64,000 bases of DNA from a virus (lineage: Duplodnaviria; Caudoviricetes): positions 12,247 to 76,246 of IMG/VR virus record IMGVR_UViG_3300005582_000006; one strand, given 5' to 3'. The position numbers were made by a program, and so were the translations under genes. Within the stretch, counting starts at the first letter, position 1, and the number at the start of each line of letters is the position of its first letter. A model generated the notes under the pieces. It was given only the letters and a program-made list of their open reading frames with translations. It was not told where the DNA came from and did not search any database. Positions 55,233 through 63,973 of this stretch are shown here, one piece after another.

Positions 55233-56156
55233 CTAAATAAGCATGAATAATTTTTTGTCTATCAACTGTTCTGGAAATCCATCAAAATTACTATAAGCAA
55301 ATGTTTCACCTTGCCTAATATGTTTTTCAGCATCTTTCTTTCTAACCCTAAGAGTGCCAATAGGAAGGGCTTCACCAGTATCAAAGTCCTTAAGTTCTCC
55401 GTGAGCATCGCCCCAACTATTAACAATAATAGCATATGGATCATTAGCCCTATCATCAACACCTACAAAACACATTTGATGCCCCCAATTGTCTGTTTGA
55501 CGATGAAAACCATCGTTTGCTGGTGTCATGGTATAGCCAACATCGCTAGCAGTTGTGCAAGGATAGCCATTGACAATAGCCTCTACTAATTGATCCCAAC
55601 TTTTAATTTGGGCAGCAGATTTTACTGGGTGCTTAGTTCCTTCTTCAATAAACTTTTTATCTGGTCCTGGCGTATCACCCCATTTTTTAGCTACGCTTCC
55701 AGCATACTTAGGAAGACCATCAAAACTACTACGAAGAACCCCATACTTAATAACAGCATCTGCCATCCAGCTACCAAGAGAACCATCTTCACCATTAAGT
55801 CTTCCACGACCAATAAGAACTCTTCCTGTTCCATAAAGATATGGTGGAAATACAAATTCAAACTTTTCGTTATCGCCCTTCATAAGCTTTTCAGTAGCCA
55901 TTAAATATTCGACTGCATTTTTAGCACCAAAACTTACGCAGTCACCAATTTCTTGTCCGTAATTAGGAGTATCTTTACCAAGAACTTTACGAACAACTTC
56001 GTACAGCATCATTTTTTTGCCTTTAGTGTCTTGGCTTTTGCCATAAACATTAAAGTCTTTAAATGATCCACCATCTTTAATTAAATTAAATTCACTTTCA
56101 ACAAGCGAAGGATTGTCTTTTCCTGCCCAACCATTAAGTTTTGATAATTCAGACAT
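55233..56156 (-). CDS. Papain-like (C1) cysteine peptidase
   Basis: QEIGDCVSFG (Gln/Cys), WGHQMCFVG (His), IVNSWG (Asn). Confidence 0.85.
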   Translation of the reverse strand: MSELSKLNGWAGKDNPSLVESEFNLIKDGGSFKDFNVYGKSQDTKGKKMMLYEVVRKVLGKDTPNYGQEIGDCVSFGAKNAVEYLMATEKLMKGDNEKFEFVFPPYLYGTGRVLIGRGRLNGEDGSLGSWMADAVIKYGVLRSSFDGLPKYAGSVAKKWGDTPGPDKKFIEEGTKHPVKSAAQIKSWDQLVEAIVNGYPCTTASDVGYTMTPANDGFHRQTDNWGHQMCFVGVDDRANDPYAIIVNSWGDAHGELKDFDTGEALPIGTLRVRKKDAEKHIRQGETFAYSNFDGFPEQLIDKKLFMLI

Positions 56157-56163
56157 GTTTCAC

Positions 56164-56943
56164 CTATTTTACTAGTTTAAGTCCAGAAGATATTTCTCTC
56201 CACGCAATAGCAAAATCTTCTTTAGTTTGCATCTTATTAGTTTTATATAGATCAAAAAGTTTTTCTTGTATTTCTGTAAATAAAGATTCCCATTTTGCTC
56301 TATCTCCACCAGATTTAGTTAGTGCAAATTTATTTGATTCTGCTGTTTTCTTTAGTATATCTTCAAGTGTCGCTATTGTTCCAGCAGCAATAGCAGCAGC
56401 AATACCATCAAAGGATGATGCAATAGCAGCACATTGCTTTACCCTATCTGATTTTGACAGCTTGATATTCTTAACGCCATCATAAACAAACTTAGAAAGT
56501 TGATACTTTGATTCTCCAAATTCTGGTTCAGATTCTGGTTCTACTGGAGTGCTAGGTTCTTCTTCACCAATAAAAACATCTGCTGAAATAAAATTGGTTC
56601 TAATAGCTGCTTCTAAAAGTTTTTCATTGTCTTTAACTATGTACAAATGAGTTACAGAAACAATGACCTTAAGCTTTTTTGCTTGTATGCCCGAACCAAA
56701 GAAAACACCATTTTCATAATTACGAATTCGTTTTTCTGTATAGCCATCAAAAACTTTCCATGAATATGTAGTTGAAACTAAAAACTTTGGAGCAGATTGA
56801 ATTGGGCTTATAGACAAGTCTACAAGCTCACCTAATGGAATTGGAAGTTCTGCTCCAACAATTTTTTGTTCTGGAACAATAAAGTTTTCTGCAAACGCAA
56901 GATTGCAAAACACTAAAAAAAAGAACAATGCTTTTTTAAACAT
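56164..56943 (-). CDS. Exported protein with signal peptide
   Basis: MFKKALFFFLVFCNLAFA signal; beta domain, Pro/Glu linker, helical C-terminal domain. Confidence 0.7.
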   Translation of the reverse strand: MFKKALFFFLVFCNLAFAENFIVPEQKIVGAELPIPLGELVDLSISPIQSAPKFLVSTTYSWKVFDGYTEKRIRNYENGVFFGSGIQAKKLKVIVSVTHLYIVKDNEKLLEAAIRTNFISADVFIGEEEPSTPVEPESEPEFGESKYQLSKFVYDGVKNIKLSKSDRVKQCAAIASSFDGIAAAIAAGTIATLEDILKKTAESNKFALTKSGGDRAKWESLFTEIQEKLFDLYKTNKMQTKEDFAIAWREISSGLKLVK

Positions 56944-56945
56944 GA

Positions 56946-57203
56946 TTAAGCCTCATTTTTTGCTACTTTTATAGCAAGTAAAAAATCTTCAGAAGTAATT
57001 GGTTTTGTATTATCGAACTTATTAATTAAAAATGTAATAGCTGGAATAACCCAAGGCTCTTGTGCTAGTGAAGAAACAACATCAACAATTTTATCGTCTG
57101 CTTCGCCTGGAATAATTGTTGAAACAAACTTTAAAGTTGAAATAACAATAGACATTGTTTTTTGAACTTGTTCTGGACTAACTGCGGTTCTAACATCGCT
57201 CAT
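56946..57203 (-). CDS. Hypothetical protein
   Basis: Start MSDVRT with AGGAG RBS; amphipathic helices. Confidence 0.6.
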   Translation of the reverse strand: MSDVRTAVSPEQVQKTMSIVISTLKFVSTIIPGEADDKIVDVVSSLAQEPWVIPAITFLINKFDNTKPITSEDFLLAIKVAKNEA

Positions 57204-57235
57204 AATAATCTCCTGTTTAAAAAAGGTCCGATTGT

Positions 57236-57832
57236 TCAATTGTAGTCACTGCTCCAACTAGAAGCAAGTATTATAGAGTCTTTATTTTGAATTTCAATAT
57301 TTAAAACATCGTCAAGTTGTTCGCTTCCGAATGTTTTTATTTCTCCGTTTTTTAAAGAATATATAATCCAATTTTTGTATTTTTTATTTAAAACTTTAGA
57401 AAGTGCATTGATAGAAACATTTTTAGGTTTTTTCTTGGTTGGACTTATTGCTTCTTCTATATTTTTTTGAATTTCAATATCATCAAAAAGATTACCAAAA
57501 CCTATCCAGAATCTATATCTTGTCCATACTCTGAGTATTTCTACCCCTTCAACTTCCTCGATTGTTCTCATAATGTTTCTAGTTATATCAAAATTACAAT
57601 GACCAACCCACATTTTATAAAGCTTACTAGTTATTGCGTTTTCGTTTATTGGTATTGTGCCATAAGGCCCAAGGATAACTCTCATGTGCCTGTCTGGTTC
57701 TTCGTCTTTATCTTTGTCAAAGAAACTATCTTTCTGTGATTGTATTTCATTGTCATCAGCAGAATATGAGTCTTGCTTGGGGAAAAATGGATCTTCCCAT
57801 TTAAGCCAAGATATTTTTTTGTTCATTTTCAA
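57236..57832 (-). CDS. Hypothetical protein
   Basis: WVGHCNFDIT...VEGVEILRVWTRYRFWIGFG. Confidence 0.6.
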   Translation of the reverse strand: MKMNKKISWLKWEDPFFPKQDSYSADDNEIQSQKDSFFDKDKDEEPDRHMRVILGPYGTIPINENAITSKLYKMWVGHCNFDITRNIMRTIEEVEGVEILRVWTRYRFWIGFGNLFDDIEIQKNIEEAISPTKKKPKNVSINALSKVLNKKYKNWIIYSLKNGEIKTFGSEQLDDVLNIEIQNKDSIILASSWSSDYN

Positions 57833-58616
57833 ATGACTTCCTATACTGATGCCAACCCATAAAATTTCCAGAATATTCCCAAGGATTTACAGATGGAGAA
57901 GCACAATGCTCAAATGGACTCCAATGACCTTCTTTTGCAAGAACATCATGAAGATCGTAATCTTTTTGGTGATCTATTACTCCATCAAAATTTAAATAGC
58001 TAACCCTAGCACATCTTGCTACACAAATTTTAAGCTTTTGTTCGATAGAAAGTTTTTCGTCAATAAACCTATCTCCAAATGGTATATGCCAATCGCCAAA
58101 GTTTATAGCTTTTGGAGTTGATTCTTTTAAACAATCTTTCATTTTTAATGCAAGATCTTGTATTTCTGGTTGTGCATCTTTATGACTTCTTAATTTAAAA
58201 AAATTGTCAAATTCTGTAGCTGTGAGAATTACAGTAACATTAAACCAAGGCTCAAGAAGCCTGTTAACTATTTGCTTATGAACACCTATAGACATCATTT
58301 CTTTAGCACAATGTATCATTTTATCTCTGGCTTGAAGCCAAATTTCTTGAGCAACAGGAATGTCTGAAGGTGAAAGTTCAGATCTAGCTTGCATTCCAGA
58401 TTGTTCTTTGCCCCAATGAATTGGCATTGCTGGATGATTATTTATTTGATCAATAAACTTTTTAGAAGGTATGGCTCTAGAACTAGCAGCATTTCTAGAA
58501 AAAACTCTATGCGTATTAAACTCAGCAAGTATAAACCTTGGGAAAGTACAAACAAAAGTGGTTATTCTTTTTTTAGATTCACTTATAGAATCAGCAATTA
58601 TTCTGCAATCAATCAT
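57801..58616 (-). CDS. thyX: FAD-dependent thymidylate synthase ThyX
   Basis: EFNTHRVFSRNAASSRA, HKQIVNRLLEP, FFKLRSHKDAQPEI, HWSPFEH. Confidence 0.92.
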   Translation of the reverse strand: MIDCRIIADSISESKKRITTFVCTFPRFILAEFNTHRVFSRNAASSRAIPSKKFIDQINNHPAMPIHWGKEQSGMQARSELSPSDIPVAQEIWLQARDKMIHCAKEMMSIGVHKQIVNRLLEPWFNVTVILTATEFDNFFKLRSHKDAQPEIQDLALKMKDCLKESTPKAINFGDWHIPFGDRFIDEKLSIEQKLKICVARCARVSYLNFDGVIDHQKDYDLHDVLAKEGHWSPFEHCASPSVNPWEYSGNFMGWHQYRKSFENEQKNILA

Positions 58617-58924
58617 TTTGTCTCTCTAAATAGAAAAGCTTCACTAGGCAAAACAAGGGGGATTTTTTCAGAATCAACAGAAAAACTTTCAAGTACTTTT
58701 TTTATTATTAATTCAGACAATGCTTTTTGTTCTGTTAATATGCCAGCTTCTACAACTGACTGAAATATAGATGGGAATAAACTTCCGCTTTGTATCATAC
58801 CAATTAAGACTGAAAATCTTTCTGCAAATATCATTTGTTCTTCAGAAGTAAGATTTTCTGGAATTTGAACTATTGAGTTTATTTCATTGTCAATTAATTC
58901 AAAATATATTTTTGCGTTTATCAT
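58613..58924 (-). CDS. Hypothetical protein
   Basis: ORF in operon; start chosen to avoid overlap. Confidence 0.55.
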   Translation of the reverse strand: MINAKIYFELIDNEINSIVQIPENLTSEEQMIFAERFSVLIGMIQSGSLFPSIFQSVVEAGILTEQKALSELIIKKVLESFSVDSEKIPLVLPSEAFLFRETK

Positions 58925-58925
58925 G

Positions 58926-59318
58926 TTATCTCGAAAAATAGTTAAAGCAAGATATAACTTCTTGAGTGTATTTACTTTCAAATATTTTGTTTTCTAAAAC
59001 AGAAGAAATAGTTTTCCACTCAATGTTTTCTTTTTCAAATGAATCTTGTAAATAACAAGCATAAACTATAGATGAAGAATTTAAATCAATCATTGTTCCG
59101 CAAATAAATAAATTTACCCATCCTTCAATATCTTTAAATTTTGCATCAAAAGAAGTCAATTCTTTAAATTTATCTATAACAAATAAATCTATGTTTGAAT
59201 CTTCTCTATCGAAATCAAATGTTGGTAATTCATTATTGTTTTTATTTTTTTGTATTGCAATGACTGGCTCTTTGTTTATTTCTCTTGCACATACAAGAAA
59301 TGATACTTTTATTTTCAT
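58926..59318 (-). CDS. Hypothetical protein (possible degenerate NUDIX fold)
   Basis: ELPTFDF...FKELTS...IEWKTI pattern without a Nudix box. Confidence 0.45.
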   Translation of the reverse strand: MKIKVSFLVCAREINKEPVIAIQKNKNNNELPTFDFDREDSNIDLFVIDKFKELTSFDAKFKDIEGWVNLFICGTMIDLNSSSIVYACYLQDSFEKENIEWKTISSVLENKIFESKYTQEVISCFNYFSR

Positions 59319-60385
59319 TATAAAATTTCCCGAATTATTTCTTTGCAAGAACTTTCCCATGTATTCTGTTTAAAAAATTCTATTCCAGAAATGTTTGTTT
59401 TTAAATTATCATTTTGTTTTTTAATATGCAATTCTTTTAATTGATTAGAAAAATTATTTATGTAGTTCTCTTCAAGTTTTGCCCAAGAGCCACTACCATC
59501 AAACCATTTTGAATCATTCGCTGTTTCTATTCCATCTGGATTAATTAAATAACAACCAGATTCAACAGCATACTCAGTTGGTCCTGAGTAATTTGTAGCT
59601 ATACAATTTTTGCCTATAGATAGCATTTCTGCCAACTCTAAATTCCAAGCTTCTGCACGATAAGGAAATATGCCTATATCACTTTTTTTCATAAGATCAT
59701 AAACTTCGTTCTGTGTTTTTAACCTGTTTTTTAATACAACTATTTTGTCAAAAAACTTACTTTTTTCATAATATGAAATCCATTGATCTTGTTCTTCTTG
59801 CGAAAGAAATGGATTAGAACAACACATTATTAATTTAAAATCGTCATCAACATCAAATGTTCTTTCTAGTATATCAAGTATTAAATCATGACCCTTTCTT
59901 ATTTCCCATTTGCCTATGCTCAATATTCTTGTTGTTTTAACATTGTCTGGTTCACATTGTTTAAAAATTGATTTATCGACACCAAGCCTAATTACTTTTA
60001 CTTTAGATTCATGTATTCCAGATTTAACAATTATTTGTTTTGCCCAATCAGAACAAACAAAAATTTTATCTAAAAAATTAAGGTTATGTCTTTCATTATC
60101 TTTTATGTTATCCATTTCAAAAAAAGTCATTCCATATTTTTTACCACGACCAGCACCTAATGCCATATCCCATTGATGCCACAACCTAAAGCTTGGTGCA
60201 TCGTAATCAAATGATAAAGCATTTTTCAAACTAGCTTTAGCAATTGGAATTATTTTTTCTTCACAATCAATTGGACCAATTGGCCACAAAGAAAGATTGT
60301 GTGATTTTGAAAGTTCAACAAGAAGATTTGTTCCAACAACACCATATCCAAGCTGATTGATTGGGGCAGAAAAATTGATATTCAT
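59318..60385 (-). CDS. Glycosyltransferase family 4 (GT-B)
   Basis: LGYGVVG, IGKWEIRKGHD, RAEAWNLELAEMLSIGK, TNYSGPTEY; GGAGG RBS. Confidence 0.88.
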   Translation of the reverse strand: MNINFSAPINQLGYGVVGTNLLVELSKSHNLSLWPIGPIDCEEKIIPIAKASLKNALSFDYDAPSFRLWHQWDMALGAGRGKKYGMTFFEMDNIKDNERHNLNFLDKIFVCSDWAKQIIVKSGIHESKVKVIRLGVDKSIFKQCEPDNVKTTRILSIGKWEIRKGHDLILDILERTFDVDDDFKLIMCCSNPFLSQEEQDQWISYYEKSKFFDKIVVLKNRLKTQNEVYDLMKKSDIGIFPYRAEAWNLELAEMLSIGKNCIATNYSGPTEYAVESGCYLINPDGIETANDSKWFDGSGSWAKLEENYINNFSNQLKELHIKKQNDNLKTNISGIEFFKQNTWESSCKEIIREIL

Positions 60386-60413
60386 TATGTCCTCCTTTTG
60401 TTCCTAAGTCATA

Positions 60414-60608
60414 CTACAGAAAACGATTATCTTTATCAATGACATTTGATCTTGTTTTTTCATAAATTACAATTTTTGTATATTCGTTCTCTTCTAGAAA
60501 AGCAGCTTTTTTCTCTGCTCTTTGCCAATATTTTTCTTCGTACTCAGCTATTTTAATCCTATTCTTTCCTCCTGGAACTACTCCCCAAACCTCAAAGTAA
60601 GTTGTCAT
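60414..60608 (-). CDS. Small hypothetical protein
   Basis: 64 aa with GGAG RBS. Confidence 0.55.
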   Translation of the reverse strand: MTTYFEVWGVVPGGKNRIKIAEYEEKYWQRAEKKAAFLEENEYTKIVIYEKTRSNVIDKDNRFL

Positions 60609-60652
60609 GGGAAATCTCCAAAGAGAAATATTAACCCATACTTAAATACCCC

Positions 60653-60811
60653 TTAATCAGTAGTATCAATACACTTACAGTCACTGCTATGGATTAAATC
60701 TGCTAATATGTAGCTTAATGTTAAATACATTAACAAAAATGAGAATATTATTATGATTATATTCCGTATGGCTTTACTGTATAGAAATGTATTTCGATAG
60801 TTTTGTTCCAT
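60653..60811 (-). CDS. Small membrane protein (52 aa, not in ORF track)
   Basis: MEQNYRNTFLYSKAIRNIIIIIFSFLLMYLTLSYILADLIHSSDCKCIDTTD; one TM helix. Confidence 0.45.
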   Translation of the reverse strand: MEQNYRNTFLYSKAIRNIIIIIFSFLLMYLTLSYILADLIHSSDCKCIDTTD

Positions 60812-61043
60812 ATAATTCTTTTATTTGTTTTTTTTGAATCATGTTTTTTAAACTGTCATTTATTTCTCTAGATGAATATTTATTATGAGAAAATTCTTTA
60901 AGTATATCCTTGTGTATTTTTTCAAAAAGCATCTCTTCTGGTATTAAATAGTCAGAAGGTATGTTCTGATATATAAGACTGTCTAACTCACTAGAGAATC
61001 TTTCATTTCCAATTAATTTGCTTTTTGTGTAATGAGTTTGCAT
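60774..61043 (-). CDS. Hypothetical protein (possible winged helix)
   Basis: YSSREINDSLKNMIQKKQIKE; start MQTHY. Confidence 0.5.
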   Translation of the reverse strand: MQTHYTKSKLIGNERFSSELDSLIYQNIPSDYLIPEEMLFEKIHKDILKEFSHNKYSSREINDSLKNMIQKKQIKELYGTKLSKYISIQ

Positions 61044-61044
61044 G

Positions 61045-61539
61045 TTAATTCCACTCCGCTGGTGTTGGTGCATTATTCCATTGAAAATCATGAAAAGTTA
61101 AACCATGCAAGTGTGCTATCTCATGTTGAACAACTGCACTCTCAAGATTTTTAACAGTATCACTTTCAAGAGAAACATTACCAAAAAAGATTGTTTCTTT
61201 ATGATTATCGCAAGAAACTTCAACCCACATATGCCTATATATATCTAGTTCAACATCTGGATAACTCAAACATTGCTCTTTGTTTCTAATTCTAATATTA
61301 GAAAAAGAAATAATTTTTGGATTTATTAAAACAAAAGGCTTGTTATTTTTAAAAGCTATGCATACACAAGCATCTATGCCGACTTGATTTGCTGCTAAAC
61401 CAACTATTTTAGTGTTTGTTTTTTTCTTTAGCGTATTTAAAAACATGCCCATTCTTTTGGCAATTTTAAATCCAGTTTTCAAATCTACATTTAAACACTT
61501 TTTTTTTAAAAAATCATTATTGTTTAGAATTATTTTCAT
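61045..61539 (-). CDS. def: Peptide deformylase
   Basis: GLAANQVG, EQCLS, QHEIAHLHG. Confidence 0.88.
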   Translation of the reverse strand: MKIILNNNDFLKKKCLNVDLKTGFKIAKRMGMFLNTLKKKTNTKIVGLAANQVGIDACVCIAFKNNKPFVLINPKIISFSNIRIRNKEQCLSYPDVELDIYRHMWVEVSCDNHKETIFFGNVSLESDTVKNLESAVVQHEIAHLHGLTFHDFQWNNAPTPAEWN

Positions 61540-61888
61540 TTAAGTACTCTTCTATATGTTTTTTTACTTTGGCAGCATTTACATATCCATCTGGAATTAC
61601 TGCAAATCTACAAGCACCATCAAGCTCTATTGTTTGACTAAGTATCTTGCATGAATTTTCTGATTTATGCAATGCACAGTTACCACACTTAACTCCAATG
61701 TCTTTTACTTCGTTCTTGTCTGCGTTTTCATAACCAACCCAAATACCATCGCTTTTATCAATTGGTCCAATGTTCTCTGCTAAAGACAATAATAAATCTG
61801 CTAATTTTTTTTCATCACTTGAAAGCTGTGAATAAAGCTGTTCGTCTGATTGAGACTTCATTGTCTTGAAAAAATTTTCTGAGGGCAT
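61517..61888 (-). CDS. Protein with a HiPIP-like four-Cys motif
   Basis: VGY...KCGNCALH...SCKILSQTIELDGACRF. Confidence 0.55.
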   Translation of the reverse strand: MPSENFFKTMKSQSDEQLYSQLSSDEKKLADLLLSLAENIGPIDKSDGIWVGYENADKNEVKDIGVKCGNCALHKSENSCKILSQTIELDGACRFAVIPDGYVNAAKVKKHIEEYLNENNSKQ

Positions 61889-62274
61889 TAGAATCTCCTA
61901 GATATAAGTTTACAAAGTTTTATAAAATACTTTTCGTTTAAGCTCATCTTCATATAGTTAACATCTTTATGGACCCACTGTATATTTCCTTTAGTGTAGT
62001 CAAGATTGCTGTTTTTCCTATCTAACGATGCTGTTCCTAAAGAATAAATATCTTTATTGTTAATTCTTTTTAAATATTTTTTATGGGTTATTTTTAAGCC
62101 AGTATAAAAACATCTTTTGTTTTGTTTTAGGAAAATTTCCCAAGCTTCTTCTATTGTTACTTTTATTTGTATGTTTCTTTTTTTTGCGTTTTTTCTTAAT
62201 GAAGCCCAATACTTTCCAGAAATTTCGCCAAAAGCTTTGCTGTTGTGTGATTTCTTTTTCATGATTACCCCCAT
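61888..62274 (-). CDS. HNH-type (His-Me finger) endonuclease
   Basis: AKKRNI, QNKRCFYTG, ASLDRKNSNLDYTKGNIQWVHKDVNYMK. Confidence 0.8.
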   Translation of the reverse strand: MGVIMKKKSHNSKAFGEISGKYWASLRKNAKKRNIQIKVTIEEAWEIFLKQNKRCFYTGLKITHKKYLKRINNKDIYSLGTASLDRKNSNLDYTKGNIQWVHKDVNYMKMSLNEKYFIKLCKLISRRF

Positions 62275-62308
62275 ACTAATACACAGTATGAGGGCAAATC
62301 ATTAAAGA

Positions 62309-63025
62309 TTATTTCATAGAAACAGCTTGTGGATTTGAATTTTTGAATGCTGTAGATTCATTCTTCCAACCAAACTGTTCTAATGCTGTATGATAGCCAC
62401 TTGTCCATGATCCATCTGTATAAAGCTTTGCACAAGCCTCCCAACCATCACGATATGCACCAGATCCACTCGGTGAGCCAGCCCTTAAAATAGCATCCCT
62501 ATAACCATTTTCATAAGTTGGCTTGCTTCTCTCTGCATAAATTTCATCTTTCAAAATCCTATTTTCAGCAGCAAAAAGCTCTTTAACTGTCGTGTTTTTG
62601 TTAGTTTCTACTACATACATATGACTAACATAAATTGAATAACCCAAAAAAACCAAGGCAATAGAACCAAAAAACTTAGCCATAATAGTCCTCCATAAAG
62701 AAATAGGTCTTTGAAAAGTCTTAACTTTAAATTGTTTTACTCTTTTATAATGCTCTTGGCAATCCCTAATCACTTCTGGATTATAATTTTTGTAATTATG
62801 CAAATGCCCAAAAACAAAATGACAATATTTGCAAAGTGTACATAAGTTGTTTCGTACCAACTCTTTAGATGGATCAAGGCTAACTGGTATAATATGATGA
62901 GCTTGAACATCTTTTTTTGTTCCACAACCTATGCATGATGGATTATCCTTGATGTGTTCGCAGCGAACAGTCCACCATTTACCAGAACGATCAGATCCAA
63001 AAACTTTAAATAAAAAACTAATCAT
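62309..63025 (-). CDS. HNH endonuclease fused in frame to a membrane-anchored protein (internal start at 62683)
   Basis: CIGC...AHHIIP...NLCTLCKYCH; GGAGG RBS in front of the internal MAKFFGSIALVFLGYSIYV. Confidence 0.65.
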   Translation of the reverse strand: MISFLFKVFGSDRSGKWWTVRCEHIKDNPSCIGCGTKKDVQAHHIIPVSLDPSKELVRNNLCTLCKYCHFVFGHLHNYKNYNPEVIRDCQEHYKRVKQFKVKTFQRPISLWRTIMAKFFGSIALVFLGYSIYVSHMYVVETNKNTTVKELFAAENRILKDEIYAERSKPTYENGYRDAILRAGSPSGSGAYRDGWEACAKLYTDGSWTSGYHTALEQFGWKNESTAFKNSNPQAVSMK

Positions 63026-63188
63026 TACTAATTTCTCTTGTTATTCTTGTTCCCCATTTTCCAAATTCATTAGTCATATTTTTTAATTTTTCACTGCATT
63101 TTTTACACAATCTATTTGTTTTTGGGTCAACGCTCATAAAATTTTTATTGCACCAACCTAGGCAACTTACAGACACCTTATTTTTCAT
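63018..63188 (-). CDS. Small zinc-finger protein (56 aa, not in ORF track)
   Basis: MKNKVSVSCLGWCNKNFMSVDPKTNRLCKKC...; GGAG RBS; overlaps both neighbours. Confidence 0.6.
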   Translation of the reverse strand: MKNKVSVSCLGWCNKNFMSVDPKTNRLCKKCSEKLKNMTNEFGKWGTRITREISND

Positions 63189-63669
63189 TGCCAATCTCCA
63201 CAGTGAATTTTACAGCATCAATATCATTAGGAAAATGTTTTTTCTCTAGTTTTGATTTAAACTTTTTGCTGCTATAGAATTTAATGCTATCATTGTCATC
63301 TTCCCTACAATATGCAGAAATTATTGGCTTAAACTTTTTTTGAATTAAAAACTCAATCATAGCAGTTCCATAACCATTTCTTCTGTTCTTTGGATGAACA
63401 ACTAATTTTTCTATTATTGTTTCATTAGCTCCATTTTCAATCAAAATGAACCCAACTATTTTAGAATTCTCATAAATAACATAAGAAAATGTATTCTTTT
63501 TTCTGACAAAACTTGTAAAAGAAGATGAAGACCAAGCAGAATCATTTTGAATTTTGCCAAAGTCTGGATCATTTGTGTAACATGATGCCTTTTCTATTTC
63601 TACTACATCTAGGAGATTTCTTTTTATTAATAACTTTACATTTATCTCTGGTTCGTTTTTCTTTGCCAT
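63178..63669 (-). CDS. GNAT acetyltransferase, RimI-like
   Basis: LDVVEIEKAS...AWS, IVGFILI, LVVHPKNRRNGYGTAM, REDDNDSIKFY. Confidence 0.8.
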   Translation of the reverse strand: MAKKNEPEINVKLLIKRNLLDVVEIEKASCYTNDPDFGKIQNDSAWSSSSFTSFVRKKNTFSYVIYENSKIVGFILIENGANETIIEKLVVHPKNRRNGYGTAMIEFLIQKKFKPIISAYCREDDNDSIKFYSSKKFKSKLEKKHFPNDIDAVKFTVEIGNEK

Positions 63670-63694
63670 AATGTTCTCGATATAAGAGGTTAGT

Positions 63695-63973
63695 ATGAAA
63701 AATAGAATAAAGGAAAGTCAACAAACACTCAAGGCTTATTTTAAAGGCAAGATTGATTTTCTTAATTTAAATACTGTAAATTTTAATAAGTCTGAATTTA
63801 TTTTATTTAAAGAGATAATAAGAAAGGCTTATTCAACTGGATATATATCTGAATCTGAATTTATGGAAATAACCCTAATAGTTGGAAAAGATGTTGGTCA
63901 CTTAAACTCATTTGGCTTTATAGAGAAGAGCGTAGTTCAAATATTTTGCGACATAGCTAGTGAGGAACTATAG
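63695..63973 (+). CDS. Hypothetical protein
   Basis: 92 aa with GAGGT RBS, divergent from the GNAT gene. Confidence 0.55.
   Translation: MKNRIKESQQTLKAYFKGKIDFLNLNTVNFNKSEFILFKEIIRKAYSTGYISESEFMEITLIVGKDVGHLNSFGFIEKSVVQIFCDIASEEL

Noticed and set aside
60608-60774. tRNA or ncRNA in the apparent intergenic gap
   Set aside because: No cloverleaf or T-loop motif, and most of the gap is explained by a 52-aa membrane ORF. No tRNA or rRNA was seen anywhere in the window.
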